From Bacteroidia bacterium (GTDB taxonomy: Bacteria; Bacteroidota; Bacteroidia; NS11-12g; UBA9320), in the NCBI GenBank assembly GCA_965655315.1, contig CBFHGJ010000004.1, forward strand, positions 4,382 to 68,381: a DNA stretch of 64,000 nucleotides, in the 5' to 3' direction. A program made the translations under genes and the position numbers. Shown here piece by piece: positions 29,770-39,643 of this stretch (position 1 is its first letter; each line of letters begins with the position of its first letter). The notes beneath the pieces are model-generated. The model worked only from the letters and a program-made list of their open reading frames with translations. It did no database searches and was not told the origin of the DNA.

Positions 29770-32652
29770 TTACGCAAGTAAAAACTGCAGTTCATTTATG
29801 TCAAGATTTGCTAGAACATTGTTTTCTGACACAATGATGTCTTTGGAAAATCGCTGTTTTTTCTGCTGCAAAGAGACTATCTTTTCCTCAATCGTATCAA
29901 CGGAAATGAACTTATAGCTAAACACAGCTTGTGTCTGCCCTATTCTGTGCGTGCGATCCCTGGCTTGAGCTTCTGCAGCTGGATTCCACCACGGATCTAC
30001 AATAAAAACATAGTCTGCCGAAGTAAGGTTAAAACCCGTTCCTCCAGCTTTAAGAGAAATAAGGAAGACTTTAGGACTCTCCTGTTCTTGAAAATCTGCA
30101 ACCAATTGAGCTCTTTTCTCTTTCGGTGTAGAACCAGTTAAAGCGAAAAAATCTATATTCCTAGCTATGAGGTCTTTTTCTATTATCTTCAAATAGCTCA
30201 CAAATTGAGAAAATACTAGCACTTTATGATTATCTGATATAGCGGTAGAAATTTTCTCAAGCAAAACCAGGTGTTTCCCACTAGTTCCTTTATAATCTTT
30301 ATCAACTAGTTTAGGATGATTTGCTAATTGACGGAGCTTAGATAAACCCTGAAGAATAGAAAACTTTGACTGACTCAGGCCTTCTTTTTCTACCACTTCC
30401 AATATAGAGTTTCTATAGGCAGATTTCACTTCTTCGTATTGCTCTTTTTGCTCAGATGACAGCTCACAATAGATGATGTTCTCTGACACAGGAGGTAAGT
30501 CTGAGGCCACCTCTGCTTTTGTTCTTCGCAGTAAAAAAGGCTTTATCCTTTTCTGTAGTTCATCAGCTTTTTCCTTATCATTTTTCTTCTCAATACTTTT
30601 TACGTAATTATCCTCAAATGACCTTAAACTTCCCAGTAAACCTTTATTGAGAAAATTCATCTGACTCCAAAGATCTTTCACTGTATTTTCAATCGGTGTT
30701 CCTGTTAACGCAACGCGACAATCTGCAGTAAGACTTTTTATATATTGAGTAGTTTTGGCTGTATGATTTTTTATGTTTTGACTTTCATCTAACATAATTA
30801 CCTCGAATAGTTTCCCCTCAAATAGAAGTGCATCATTTCTGACCAATCCATAACTTATTACTAATACATCTATCTTTTTCAAATCTGAAAGATCCTTTAC
30901 TCGTTTAGGACCAGCGTGTAAATGAACTGAAAGATCAGGTGTGAAAACTGCAGCCTCTTGTTTCCAATTATAGAGCAACGAAGTAGGAGCCACTAATAAG
31001 AACCTAGGATATTCATTATGCCATTCTTGTTGGTATTTCAGTTTTTGAATAAAGGCCAACGTTTGTACTGTTTTGCCTAATCCCATATCATCAGCCAGAA
31101 TTCCTCCAAAACGATTATTTCGCAAGAACATGAGCCAGCTTAAGCCTTCTACTTGGTAAGATCTAAGTGTTCCATTGAACTTTGTATGAGGCGTTTCTTT
31201 TTTTATGTTGACTAGCTTAGTCAGGTGTTGTTTTATCTTATCTGATTTAATAAGACCAAGGATATCGACCTGATATTTCTTAACACTAAACGTATTTGCA
31301 TTGGACTTTGCACCAATCAATGCTTCTCCTAGTGCAAACCATTCCTTCGGAAAAACAAATAACTCTCCATTTGGAAGTTCTATTTCTGTCTGATCTTGCT
31401 TTATTGCTTTTACTATTCTTTTAAAGGGAATTTTAAACTCTCCAATAGTGATGATGACATTGAGATCAAACCAATCTATTTTATCTTTTATTTCATAATT
31501 TATACTTGCAGTCTCGAAACTGTATGCTTTTTTTAAGCTAGAACCAAGCTCAAAATGACCGGCTTCTAGGAGTTCTCGATGCTGCCTGATCCACGTTAAA
31601 GCCTCCATCAAGGTTCCATCTGATAAACTGAATAAAGAATCAGATTCCCACTTTAAATCAAGTTTGTACAGAGCTTTTACCCGGTTCTCTTCCCATATCG
31701 TTGATCTTCGGTATTTCTTAAAGTATGGTTCGTTTTCTTTCCACTCATAAGCAACATGAAATAGTTTATTTGGGGAGTACTTAAACTCTTTATTGCTGTA
31801 CTTTAGAAGAAAGTCAAAACCATATCTTTTCTCTTTTTTTGAAAGCACTAGAATGGGTTTTGCATCCTCTTTTAATGTTTCAATTTCAAAACCTTGAGCA
31901 AACACAGGAGCAGTCTCCATAAGTGATCTCACAAATTTGCTGTAATAGGTCCTTTCACTTTCTGGCTTTACGTGTACGTATTTTTTATGAAGGAATACTG
32001 CTAGTTTCTTCCCATCCACAAAATCATAAAACTTATAAAGTCGTCCGTGAACGATCATTCTTGCTTTCTGAGTAGTAAGCATAACTGCACCTTGCTTCAT
32101 AAAAGGTATGCGATCATCATCATGTTTTAGTGTGACGAAATATGATGTACCATTCTCATTTCTCCGAAAGTGAAAAAGTACCTTAGTGAAATTGGTATTT
32201 ATTGCAATTGGTATAGCCGCGGGGTTTATATCATCTGCTTCATACAACACTTGTTCTTTGCTATCTAATGAGTCTAAGAATTGTAGCAAGTGCTTTTCTA
32301 TATATGGCCTAATTATTTGATCTCTAAGTTCAGAGGTGAAGTGTTTTCTAAAGAATTCTTTAGGGCGAATTTTTTGAACAGGTGAAAATTTCTTAATCAA
32401 GTGCTCAACCATAAGTGGATCTAAAATCTTAATTAGATCAAGTTCTTCAGAAGTTAGCTTTGTGTAATGGGTTGCGTTTCCGGAAAATAATTTCTGATAG
32501 GTAAGAGATAAGGTGTTTAATGACGTATACTCTACAACATATGGGTGCACCATCACTCCGAGATTTGGGTGTCTGTGTACTGAAAATATTAGTTTATATT
32601 TTGCTTGATTATCGACTTTCACCAGAAATAATTCTTGGATAAAATCAAGCAA
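29770..32652 (-). CDS. SNF2-family DNA-dependent ATPase/helicase with long N-terminal extension
   Basis: 960 aa. The C-terminal half carries SNF2 motifs (YQVEGLSWL…LADDMGLGKTVQ…DESQNIKN…helicase C region). The N-terminal about 480 aa is not assignable. Confidence 0.85.
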   Translation of the reverse strand: MLDFIQELFLVKVDNQAKYKLIFSVHRHPNLGVMVHPYVVEYTSLNTLSLTYQKLFSGNATHYTKLTSEELDLIKILDPLMVEHLIKKFSPVQKIRPKEFFRKHFTSELRDQIIRPYIEKHLLQFLDSLDSKEQVLYEADDINPAAIPIAINTNFTKVLFHFRRNENGTSYFVTLKHDDDRIPFMKQGAVMLTTQKARMIVHGRLYKFYDFVDGKKLAVFLHKKYVHVKPESERTYYSKFVRSLMETAPVFAQGFEIETLKEDAKPILVLSKKEKRYGFDFLLKYSNKEFKYSPNKLFHVAYEWKENEPYFKKYRRSTIWEENRVKALYKLDLKWESDSLFSLSDGTLMEALTWIRQHRELLEAGHFELGSSLKKAYSFETASINYEIKDKIDWFDLNVIITIGEFKIPFKRIVKAIKQDQTEIELPNGELFVFPKEWFALGEALIGAKSNANTFSVKKYQVDILGLIKSDKIKQHLTKLVNIKKETPHTKFNGTLRSYQVEGLSWLMFLRNNRFGGILADDMGLGKTVQTLAFIQKLKYQQEWHNEYPRFLLVAPTSLLYNWKQEAAVFTPDLSVHLHAGPKRVKDLSDLKKIDVLVISYGLVRNDALLFEGKLFEVIMLDESQNIKNHTAKTTQYIKSLTADCRVALTGTPIENTVKDLWSQMNFLNKGLLGSLRSFEDNYVKSIEKKNDKEKADELQKRIKPFLLRRTKAEVASDLPPVSENIIYCELSSEQKEQYEEVKSAYRNSILEVVEKEGLSQSKFSILQGLSKLRQLANHPKLVDKDYKGTSGKHLVLLEKISTAISDNHKVLVFSQFVSYLKIIEKDLIARNIDFFALTGSTPKEKRAQLVADFQEQESPKVFLISLKAGGTGFNLTSADYVFIVDPWWNPAAEAQARDRTHRIGQTQAVFSYKFISVDTIEEKIVSLQQKKQRFSKDIIVSENNVLANLDINELQFLLA

Positions 32653-32690
32653 TATACACGTAAAAGCTGAATACCTATTTGGATATTTTT

Positions 32691-33248
32691 CTAGATTTCG
32701 AGATACTTCGTTTCCAAAAGATCAAGAATATCTTCTGGTCTCCTATTCCTCCAATTTATCTCATTTAGGTTACCCCCAAAAGACAAAGCATATTGAAGAT
32801 TATACCTTTCCATTTCCTCTAATACGTGATCAAGAGCATTAATGACATATACATTCCCATCAATATCGTCCTTCCACTCTTGGTAGTAATCATCTCCATC
32901 TGCATGAAAATTAAGTACATTTTCTGCGATCAATGCAAAGTTTTCGATTCCTAAATCTATTAAATGATCAATGAGCTCTTTTTTAAGCCACATGATGTCA
33001 TTATTGATAGCATCGTTCCATTCCCCAATAAGTTCTATGATGCAAAACCCGTTGTCATAATCAACGAACAGTAACTTATAAAACAGTGTTTCACTCCCAA
33101 AACTATCCCATTGTGGGTGGAGCAAATAATTGTAGACTTTGTTCGTATAATGAAACTCAGAATACTCTGCTTGGTAGTTTAGAGCATTGGGATCTCTGTC
33201 TGAACTATAGATATCTCGCCAAAGAAAAAAAGGTTCTATGCTATGCAT
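32691..33248 (-). CDS. hypothetical acidic cytoplasmic protein
   Basis: 185 aa, very D/E-rich, no family recognised. Start overlaps the upstream GT2 gene by 8 nt. Confidence 0.45.
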   Translation of the reverse strand: MHSIEPFFLWRDIYSSDRDPNALNYQAEYSEFHYTNKVYNYLLHPQWDSFGSETLFYKLLFVDYDNGFCIIELIGEWNDAINNDIMWLKKELIDHLIDLGIENFALIAENVLNFHADGDDYYQEWKDDIDGNVYVINALDHVLEEMERYNLQYALSFGGNLNEINWRNRRPEDILDLLETKYLEI

Positions 33249-34185
33249 CTGTATCTATGTCAGTATCTGCAATTAGATAGAGCGGACGATTTTTAACATT
33301 ATCATTGATTCTGCTCACGTATTCTCCAATCATGCCTATTCCTAAGAGTTGAATTCCTCCTAAAAAAACTATTGTAATCATAAGTGATGGCCACCCTGGC
33401 TCGTAGACTTTTAATATAAATCTGGCATACAGAGTCCATATAATCAAAATAAAACCTAAAAATGCACACACAAAACCAGATATAGTTGCCAGCCTAAGTG
33501 GCCAGTTTGAAAAAGAAGTAATGGCATCCAATGCAAGTCTGATCATTTTACGATACGTATACCCCGTTTCTCCAGCTACTCTTCCTCTTCTTTCATATTG
33601 TACAGAAGTCTGGTTGAAACCTAGCCAAGCAATTTGACCTCGCAAGTATCGCTGTTTCTCTGGCATCTGCTTAAGAGCATTTACCACCTTCCTATTCATC
33701 ACCCGAAAATCTCCAGTATCTACTGGAATCTCTATGCTCGTAATTCTATTTAAAAGTTTGTAGAAAAACTTTGCCGTAGCCTTTTTCAAAAATGATTCAT
33801 CTTTCCGCTTAATTCTTTGGGCATAGACTACATCAAATCCACCATTCATTTTGTCCAACATTTCAGATATCAACTCAGGAGGATCTTGACCATCGCTATC
33901 TATTAAAATAACTTGATCCCCTTTTGCATAATCGATTCCTGCTGAAACTGCAATTTGATGTCCGAAATTTCTGCTTAGATTAATATAATTAAATGAAGTG
34001 TCTGTCAAACATAATTGTCGAATCAAGGACAATGAGTTATCTGTACTGCCATCATTGATAAAAATTACTTCATAATCTTGACCATATTTTTCTAAATGTT
34101 CTTGGAGCAGAACAACAAAGCTACTTAGCCCCAGCTCTTCATTATATATAGGAAGAATGACGGATATCACGTACCTGCAAATCAA
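33241..34185 (-). CDS. family 2 glycosyltransferase (polyprenyl-phosphate sugar transferase, DPM1/ArnC/GtrB-like) with C-terminal TM helices
   Basis: 314 aa. GT2 motifs (ILPIYNE…, INDGSTDNS, DSDGQDPP) plus two C-terminal hydrophobic helices. Confidence 0.85.
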   Translation of the reverse strand: MICRYVISVILPIYNEELGLSSFVVLLQEHLEKYGQDYEVIFINDGSTDNSLSLIRQLCLTDTSFNYINLSRNFGHQIAVSAGIDYAKGDQVILIDSDGQDPPELISEMLDKMNGGFDVVYAQRIKRKDESFLKKATAKFFYKLLNRITSIEIPVDTGDFRVMNRKVVNALKQMPEKQRYLRGQIAWLGFNQTSVQYERRGRVAGETGYTYRKMIRLALDAITSFSNWPLRLATISGFVCAFLGFILIIWTLYARFILKVYEPGWPSLMITIVFLGGIQLLGIGMIGEYVSRINDNVKNRPLYLIADTDIDTDA

Positions 34186-34231
34186 CAGTATTTTTTAAAA
34201 ATAACTGTCATCTAAGCGACAATTGTATTGA

Positions 34232-34462
34232 CTACAACAACCTCCTAGTAGCTTTCTCAATAAACATCCGAGTGGTGCTATCATCAGGGCACAAGTAAAT
34301 AACTTCGACCTGGTCTACAGGGTCTATCACTAATAATGAATCGCTTAATTGTGCCACTTCTGGAGTATTTACAACGTTTTCACTCCTTGGGCCAATTAGA
34401 ATAAACTGTAAACTAAATAAGCCAGCTAAAAGTATGATGCCTATAAACGCGATTTTTTTCAT
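34232..34462 (-). CDS. small secreted hypothetical protein
   Basis: 76 aa with a signal peptide. Weak support. Confidence 0.3.
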   Translation of the reverse strand: MKKIAFIGIILLAGLFSLQFILIGPRSENVVNTPEVAQLSDSLLVIDPVDQVEVIYLCPDDSTTRMFIEKATRRLL

Positions 34463-34509
34463 GTTGAGAACTGATATTTTCGTAAAACGAAGATAACAAC
34501 TAAATAGTA

Positions 34510-35832
34510 TTGAAACGGATACACTTAATAGCAGTTGGCGGTGCCATCATGCACAATATGGCAATTGCCTTACAAAACAGAGGTTATAAGGTAACGGGTA
34601 GTGATGACGCTATATACGATCCTGCAAAAACTAACTTGGATAACGCTCAAGTCTCGACCTATATCGGTTGGGATACGGATAAAATAAATGCAGATATAGA
34701 TTATATCATTCTGGGCATGCATGCTAGAGCAGATAATCCTGAACTCCTCAAAGCTCAACAATTAGATTTGAATATTCAATCTTTTCCAGAGTTTGTAGCT
34801 GCAGAATGTAAAGACAAAAAACGAGTGGTGGTAGCCGGTAGTCACGGAAAAACTACAACTACAGCGATGATAATGCACGTACTCTCTGAGCTAAATCTCG
34901 ACTTTGATTACCTAGTAGGAAGTTCGATAGAGGGATTTAACCTATCGGTAAAACTTACCGATGCTCCATTAGTCATAATTGAAGGAGACGAGTATCTTTC
35001 TTCACCTCTAGACTTGCGTTCTAAATTCCTCTGGTACCAACCACATATTTCCATAATAACTGGAATAGCCTATGACCATATCAATGTGTTCCCAACTTTT
35101 GAATCTTATTTAGAAACATTTGATAAATTTATCAAATCCCATGCAGATGGAGGTAAATATTTTTGGTTTAAAAAGGACCAATACTTAGATAAGATGGCGA
35201 ATGCAAATCATACCATAAATCAAACCTACGACACTCCTGAATTTATATCTAATCGGAATGGAAGTAAGTTATACATCAATGAAACTGAGCACGAAGTATC
35301 AGTAGTTGGAAAACATAATCTAGAAAATCTCAAGGCCGCTGAATTAGTCTGTAAAGAACTAGGTATTACTACAAATAGATTTTATGAAGCAGCATCCAGT
35401 TTTACTGGAGCTGGAAGGAGAATGGAAAAAATAGTAGACCTCCCAAATCAAGTAGTATATAGAGACTTTGCTCATTCTCCAAGTAAACTAAAGGCTACTA
35501 CAGAAGCAGTTAAGGAAACTTATACAGGCAAGCTACTCGCAGTATTTGAATTGCATACATTTAGTAGTCTTACGGAAGACTTTTTACCACTATACAAAAA
35601 CGCGATGGAAAGTGCAGACAGAGCTATTGTATTTTATAGTGAAGCTATATTTACCCACCGTAAGATGAAAGTCCTCACACCAGAATATGTACGTAAATGC
35701 TTTGGGGAGGTAGAAGTAATAAACCATCCTAACGAGTTAGAATCCATTGTAAATTCTGCATTCAATGAAAAACAGAATATTCTACTAATGAGTTCAGGAA
35801 AATTTGAAGGATCTTCCTTTTCTTTTGACTAG
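34510..35832 (+). CDS. mpl: Mur ligase family protein, Mpl-like (UDP-N-acetylmuramate:L-alanyl-gamma-D-glutamyl-meso-DAP ligase)
   Basis: 440 aa. N-terminal MurC/Mpl-like Rossmann region and ATP-binding GSHGKTTTT. Confidence 0.7.
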   Translation: MKRIHLIAVGGAIMHNMAIALQNRGYKVTGSDDAIYDPAKTNLDNAQVSTYIGWDTDKINADIDYIILGMHARADNPELLKAQQLDLNIQSFPEFVAAECKDKKRVVVAGSHGKTTTTAMIMHVLSELNLDFDYLVGSSIEGFNLSVKLTDAPLVIIEGDEYLSSPLDLRSKFLWYQPHISIITGIAYDHINVFPTFESYLETFDKFIKSHADGGKYFWFKKDQYLDKMANANHTINQTYDTPEFISNRNGSKLYINETEHEVSVVGKHNLENLKAAELVCKELGITTNRFYEAASSFTGAGRRMEKIVDLPNQVVYRDFAHSPSKLKATTEAVKETYTGKLLAVFELHTFSSLTEDFLPLYKNAMESADRAIVFYSEAIFTHRKMKVLTPEYVRKCFGEVEVINHPNELESIVNSAFNEKQNILLMSSGKFEGSSFSFD

Positions 35833-36830
35833 AGCTGTTTGACTAGTAAGGAAATACTATAATTTGATGGCCCTGTCCTAGCAAATGAAGTGGCCCGAAT
35901 GGCATAGTATTTATCTTCCTTATTGAGAAGTAAGGTTAGTTCATCTGCCAATTCTAATGCATTATTCTCTCTATCCCAATGGACGAAGGTATTGAAGAGC
36001 TGATCTGTTTTATAAAACTCAAGTTTAGAGGCGTAGAAATAATCAATATTCTCAAACCCTGCTGTAGTATCTAAATAGAGAAAATTTGTTCTATAATTCA
36101 CAAGAAGTCCATTATAGATGCCAAAATTAGGGTTGATTGTATATTGCTCTGGAAAAATCTGATGAGTCTGAATAGAATCTTGGAGGTAAGTAAAGCATAA
36201 ATCCCAAGCACCTATTTGAGGTTCTACATTCTGAACTTTCTTATGCTTTTTAAATGAAAAATATGAATGAGCATAGTCAGAATCTTTATTAATCCAAACA
36301 GAATAAGTTGTATCATTATTAAGGGGTCCGTATCTCAAATGATAGGCATTTACCGTAGCATCAAGAAGCTGCAATTTATATAAGTAAGATGTGTCTTGAT
36401 CATTCCATAGTATTAAAAAAACATCCTTGAATGATTTAGGGTTGTCAAAGCTAAAGTCACCCCATTCACCTAATGCTGGAGAGAGCCCTTCTGGGGTAGG
36501 AACATCCATTTGCCAAACCACTTCAGGACCAAAACTACTCGCATCTACCGCGTCAAAGTCTGTTTGAGTAGTGTTATGTATCACAACATTATCCAACGTA
36601 TTTAAGTAAATACCCCAGCCTTGATTTGTGTTTTGAAATTTCAAATGCCAAGCCGGTTCTGATTCATTGTATTCGGGTAGTATTGAGCCCAAATCGATAT
36701 AGGCTGACTGATTTTCATCGATGCTAAGATTAACAGTAGTTTCTTGCGGAGCTATAGGAGGCAGTACTTCGTCTGGACGAAAACATGAAACAAGAAATAA
36801 ACAAAGCGTTATGTAACCTAGAGACCTCAT
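35829..36830 (-). CDS. lipoprotein encoded directly downstream of a TonB-dependent receptor (possibly HmuY-like accessory protein)
   Basis: 333 aa with lipobox LVSCF. Start overlaps the receptor gene stop. The HmuY-like call rests only on context and a W-D-L-x-F segment. Confidence 0.4.
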   Translation of the reverse strand: MRSLGYITLCLFLVSCFRPDEVLPPIAPQETTVNLSIDENQSAYIDLGSILPEYNESEPAWHLKFQNTNQGWGIYLNTLDNVVIHNTTQTDFDAVDASSFGPEVVWQMDVPTPEGLSPALGEWGDFSFDNPKSFKDVFLILWNDQDTSYLYKLQLLDATVNAYHLRYGPLNNDTTYSVWINKDSDYAHSYFSFKKHKKVQNVEPQIGAWDLCFTYLQDSIQTHQIFPEQYTINPNFGIYNGLLVNYRTNFLYLDTTAGFENIDYFYASKLEFYKTDQLFNTFVHWDRENNALELADELTLLLNKEDKYYAIRATSFARTGPSNYSISLLVKQL

Positions 36831-38746
36831 TTTATGTTTAGCCTGATATTGAAGAAAAAAGATCTTTCTTTATTTACGGTTAGTTTTTCTGAGTTTACTA
36901 AAACAGGTACTATATCTATAAATTCGTATTCATTCCTATTCATTTCTGTTGAGGAACCGAAATTGCTTATTCCAAAACTAATCATCATACTTTCATCTAA
37001 AAAACTACGCGAAACGGACATAGAACTTGTACGAAGTCGTTCCTCTTCCAACAAGCGTAACTCTCCTTGTTCAAAAGTCTGGTAATTCCTCTCCCCAATG
37101 AATCTATAAGTCCATCCAAACTTAAATTTAGAATTTGGCACTACTAGTTGTAAATAGCTATTGGCCTCAGGATAGAAGAATGTAAGTGCGTTGGTATCTC
37201 TTGTAGTATTAATGCCGTGAAGGATAACACTCGGCCTCCAATCAATCCAACTATTATTATAACTAGCTCTCAAATAGGTCATTGTACTCCTACTGCTCCC
37301 ATCATTTACAGCGGAAATAGAACTTGAAACTCTATGATTATTACGCCTATTCAGTAGCATCATCCCACTTTCAAAAGTGATATTCTTCCTATTGATTAAG
37401 ACTCTAACATTTGTCGAACTCAAGTCTACGGGTCTAAGTGTTAAATTATTTTTTGTCCCACCTGATAATTCTGCTGGATAAAAGATATTATCAAACATAG
37501 GATATGCAATAGATTGCTGATAGGAACCTAGAAGTTGTAAATTATTCTTTGGAGCAAGAGTAATTTTGAATGATGGAAGAAAATAACTGTTTGTCAAACT
37601 ATTCGTGAGTACTTTCATGCCTCCTTCTAAAAGGAAAGTTTTTCTAAACTCATACTGAAATAATCCTAGTGCAGAGTAGTCAGAATATGCCGGAGTTATT
37701 GCATTAATCTCTTCAAATTGATTATCCTTTACATTATTAAACTCTAAACCTAATGAGTAGTTAAAAGCTTTGTTTTTAGAAGTTAATAGCACAGATAAAA
37801 ATCCTTGGTCATAGCCTCTGACCGAAGACTGTTGTTCGTTTTGCTGTTCTTCCTGTATCCCTTTAGTTAGATCCTTGTCTATTATTGAGGGACGATTACT
37901 ATATCTGTTAATAAGGCCAGTAATAACTACACTATGATTCTTGGAAAGTTCTGTTTCTAAACTGCTGTATAAGTTGTTTCGATTGATCCGTTGCTCTATA
38001 TCTCTTACTCTAGTAGTACCCAAAAATACATTGCCTTTTTGCTGTGTTCTAAGTCTACTGTTATCACTTCCTACTGTCAATTTTACTGTCCTAAGAATGT
38101 TAAATTTATACCTTAGGTTTAGGTCGTATCTCTCCGAACCGCTAACTACTGTTCCCCTGTCTTCTATATCAGCATAAATAGGTGACAAAAAGCTTCTATT
38201 TAGACTAACTTGACCAATGTGTCTTCTGTTACTCAAGCTTATTGTTGTACCGATATGAAAATCGCTAGTCGAAGAATTTATAGCATAAGCATTGGCTGAG
38301 AACGGTTGGTCTGCAATAGATCTGCTATACAAATGAATTACTACACCCGCAATATTCTTAACTAAACTGGTGTGTGGTGAAAAATGGACTTCTATTCGAT
38401 CTATGTCAAACGTAGCAATGGACCGAAGATCATAGCCTACATTGTTATCCATCATCAGCGGAAGGCCATCCTTAAAAATTGCTATTTCGTTTAGTCTAAG
38501 AATACCGCTTCTAGTTTCTTGATCTCCTTCTTCAAAATACTGATATAATGAAGGTATCCTGAGTGCCTCTTCTAGATTTGTGATGTTATTTGTAAGCATG
38601 TCTGCTTGTGTGAGTACAAAGAATGCACTAGAATCCTGTCCAAAACCCAGGTAACTAAGAGATGTTAAGCTAAAGAATAAGATGTACTTTCTTAAAATCA
38701 CTATACGTTCGACAATCTTCAGTACAATGATACTTGTAAAGGCCAA
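36827..38746 (-). CDS. small TonB-dependent outer-membrane receptor
   Basis: 639 aa. Plug-domain signature (…IDRIEVHFSPHTSLVKNIAGVVIHLYS…) and a beta-strand-rich remainder. The N-terminus of the track ORF is probably extended upstream of the signal peptide. Confidence 0.65.
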   Translation of the reverse strand: MAFTSIIVLKIVERIVILRKYILFFSLTSLSYLGFGQDSSAFFVLTQADMLTNNITNLEEALRIPSLYQYFEEGDQETRSGILRLNEIAIFKDGLPLMMDNNVGYDLRSIATFDIDRIEVHFSPHTSLVKNIAGVVIHLYSRSIADQPFSANAYAINSSTSDFHIGTTISLSNRRHIGQVSLNRSFLSPIYADIEDRGTVVSGSERYDLNLRYKFNILRTVKLTVGSDNSRLRTQQKGNVFLGTTRVRDIEQRINRNNLYSSLETELSKNHSVVITGLINRYSNRPSIIDKDLTKGIQEEQQNEQQSSVRGYDQGFLSVLLTSKNKAFNYSLGLEFNNVKDNQFEEINAITPAYSDYSALGLFQYEFRKTFLLEGGMKVLTNSLTNSYFLPSFKITLAPKNNLQLLGSYQQSIAYPMFDNIFYPAELSGGTKNNLTLRPVDLSSTNVRVLINRKNITFESGMMLLNRRNNHRVSSSISAVNDGSSRSTMTYLRASYNNSWIDWRPSVILHGINTTRDTNALTFFYPEANSYLQLVVPNSKFKFGWTYRFIGERNYQTFEQGELRLLEEERLRTSSMSVSRSFLDESMMISFGISNFGSSTEMNRNEYEFIDIVPVLVNSEKLTVNKERSFFFNIRLNIK

Positions 38747-38782
38747 GACTTTTCCGACAAAAAATCGGTCTTGACACTTAAT

Positions 38783-39643
38783 CTAGGCAGATATTACATC
38801 TACCTTACTTTTTCTCAGTTTTGTGAAGATAAATGCTAGGGCAAAGAGTATTCCGATGACTGCTGAGATAGCTCCTGCCACTGAAACATCCATTGCTTTA
38901 GCAAAATAATAGCCTATAAAGGAACAAACTATCCCAATAGCTGCGGACAAGAATAGCATCTTTTTAAAATCCTCAGTAAGCAAATAAGCGATAGCAGGAG
39001 GACCTGATAAAAATGCAATCACTAGTATGGCACCAACAGATTCGAAGCTAACAACAGTAGTAAGCGACACTCCACCCATCAAAAAGTAATGCCAAAAACT
39101 AACGGCGACTCCGGTAGACAAAGCAAAATTTGGATCAAAAGTGGTAATAAATAAACCCTTATATCCCCAAGCTACTGCCGAAACTAATACCACACAAACT
39201 ACCAATAAAATAACTGCTTGTCTAGGTAATGAAAAACCACCAATAATTGGTTGTAGCCATAAAGATACGTACTCAATCTCTCCATAAAGAACACATTGCT
39301 GATCTAAATCAGCATTTGCACCATATTTTGATATGAGGATAATACCTAGAGCAAATAATAGGGTATACGAAATTCCAATAGAAGCATCGCTCTGCAATTT
39401 TGCCTTTTTGGTAAACCACTCTATCATCAGTGTTGCTAAAATTCCACTTCCTGCAGCTCCGATGAGCATAGGGAAACTAGCTGTGGAACCTGAAAAATAA
39501 TAAGCAATGAAGATTCCCGGCAGGACAGCATGAGAAATAGCATCCCCAATCATAACCATTCTACGCATAACAAGGAAACTTCCCATTAAAGAGCAATTAA
39601 TCGCTACCAAGCAAGCTGTGAATATGACATAGAAATCGTTCAT
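38783..39643 (-). CDS. metal (Mn/Zn/Fe) ABC transporter permease, TroD/ZnuB family
   Basis: 286 aa, 8-9 TM, ABC-3 family pattern. Confidence 0.85.
   Translation of the reverse strand: MNDFYVIFTACLVAINCSLMGSFLVMRRMVMIGDAISHAVLPGIFIAYYFSGSTASFPMLIGAAGSGILATLMIEWFTKKAKLQSDASIGISYTLLFALGIILISKYGANADLDQQCVLYGEIEYVSLWLQPIIGGFSLPRQAVILLVVCVVLVSAVAWGYKGLFITTFDPNFALSTGVAVSFWHYFLMGGVSLTTVVSFESVGAILVIAFLSGPPAIAYLLTEDFKKMLFLSAAIGIVCSFIGYYFAKAMDVSVAGAISAVIGILFALAFIFTKLRKSKVDVISA

Noticed and set aside
25569-30141. ORFs 25569..25808, 26788..26976, 28342..28617, 29714..29917, 29929..30141 (+)
   Set aside because: Antisense overlaps with YceI, carboxyltransferase, yebC, type-A CTD and SNF2 genes.
29770-32652. 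SNF2 helicase as the core of a phage-defense system (DISARM/BREX-like)
   Set aside because: No methyltransferase, PLD nuclease, DUF1998 or other defense partners flank it. The neighbours are a GT2, yebC and T9SS cargo. A housekeeping RapA-like remodeler is more parsimonious.
33086-38177. ORFs 33086..33280(+), 34570..34761(-), 36834..37085(+), 37941..38177(+), 41802..42032(+), 48961..49155(+)
   Set aside because: Embedded antisense in confidently assigned genes.
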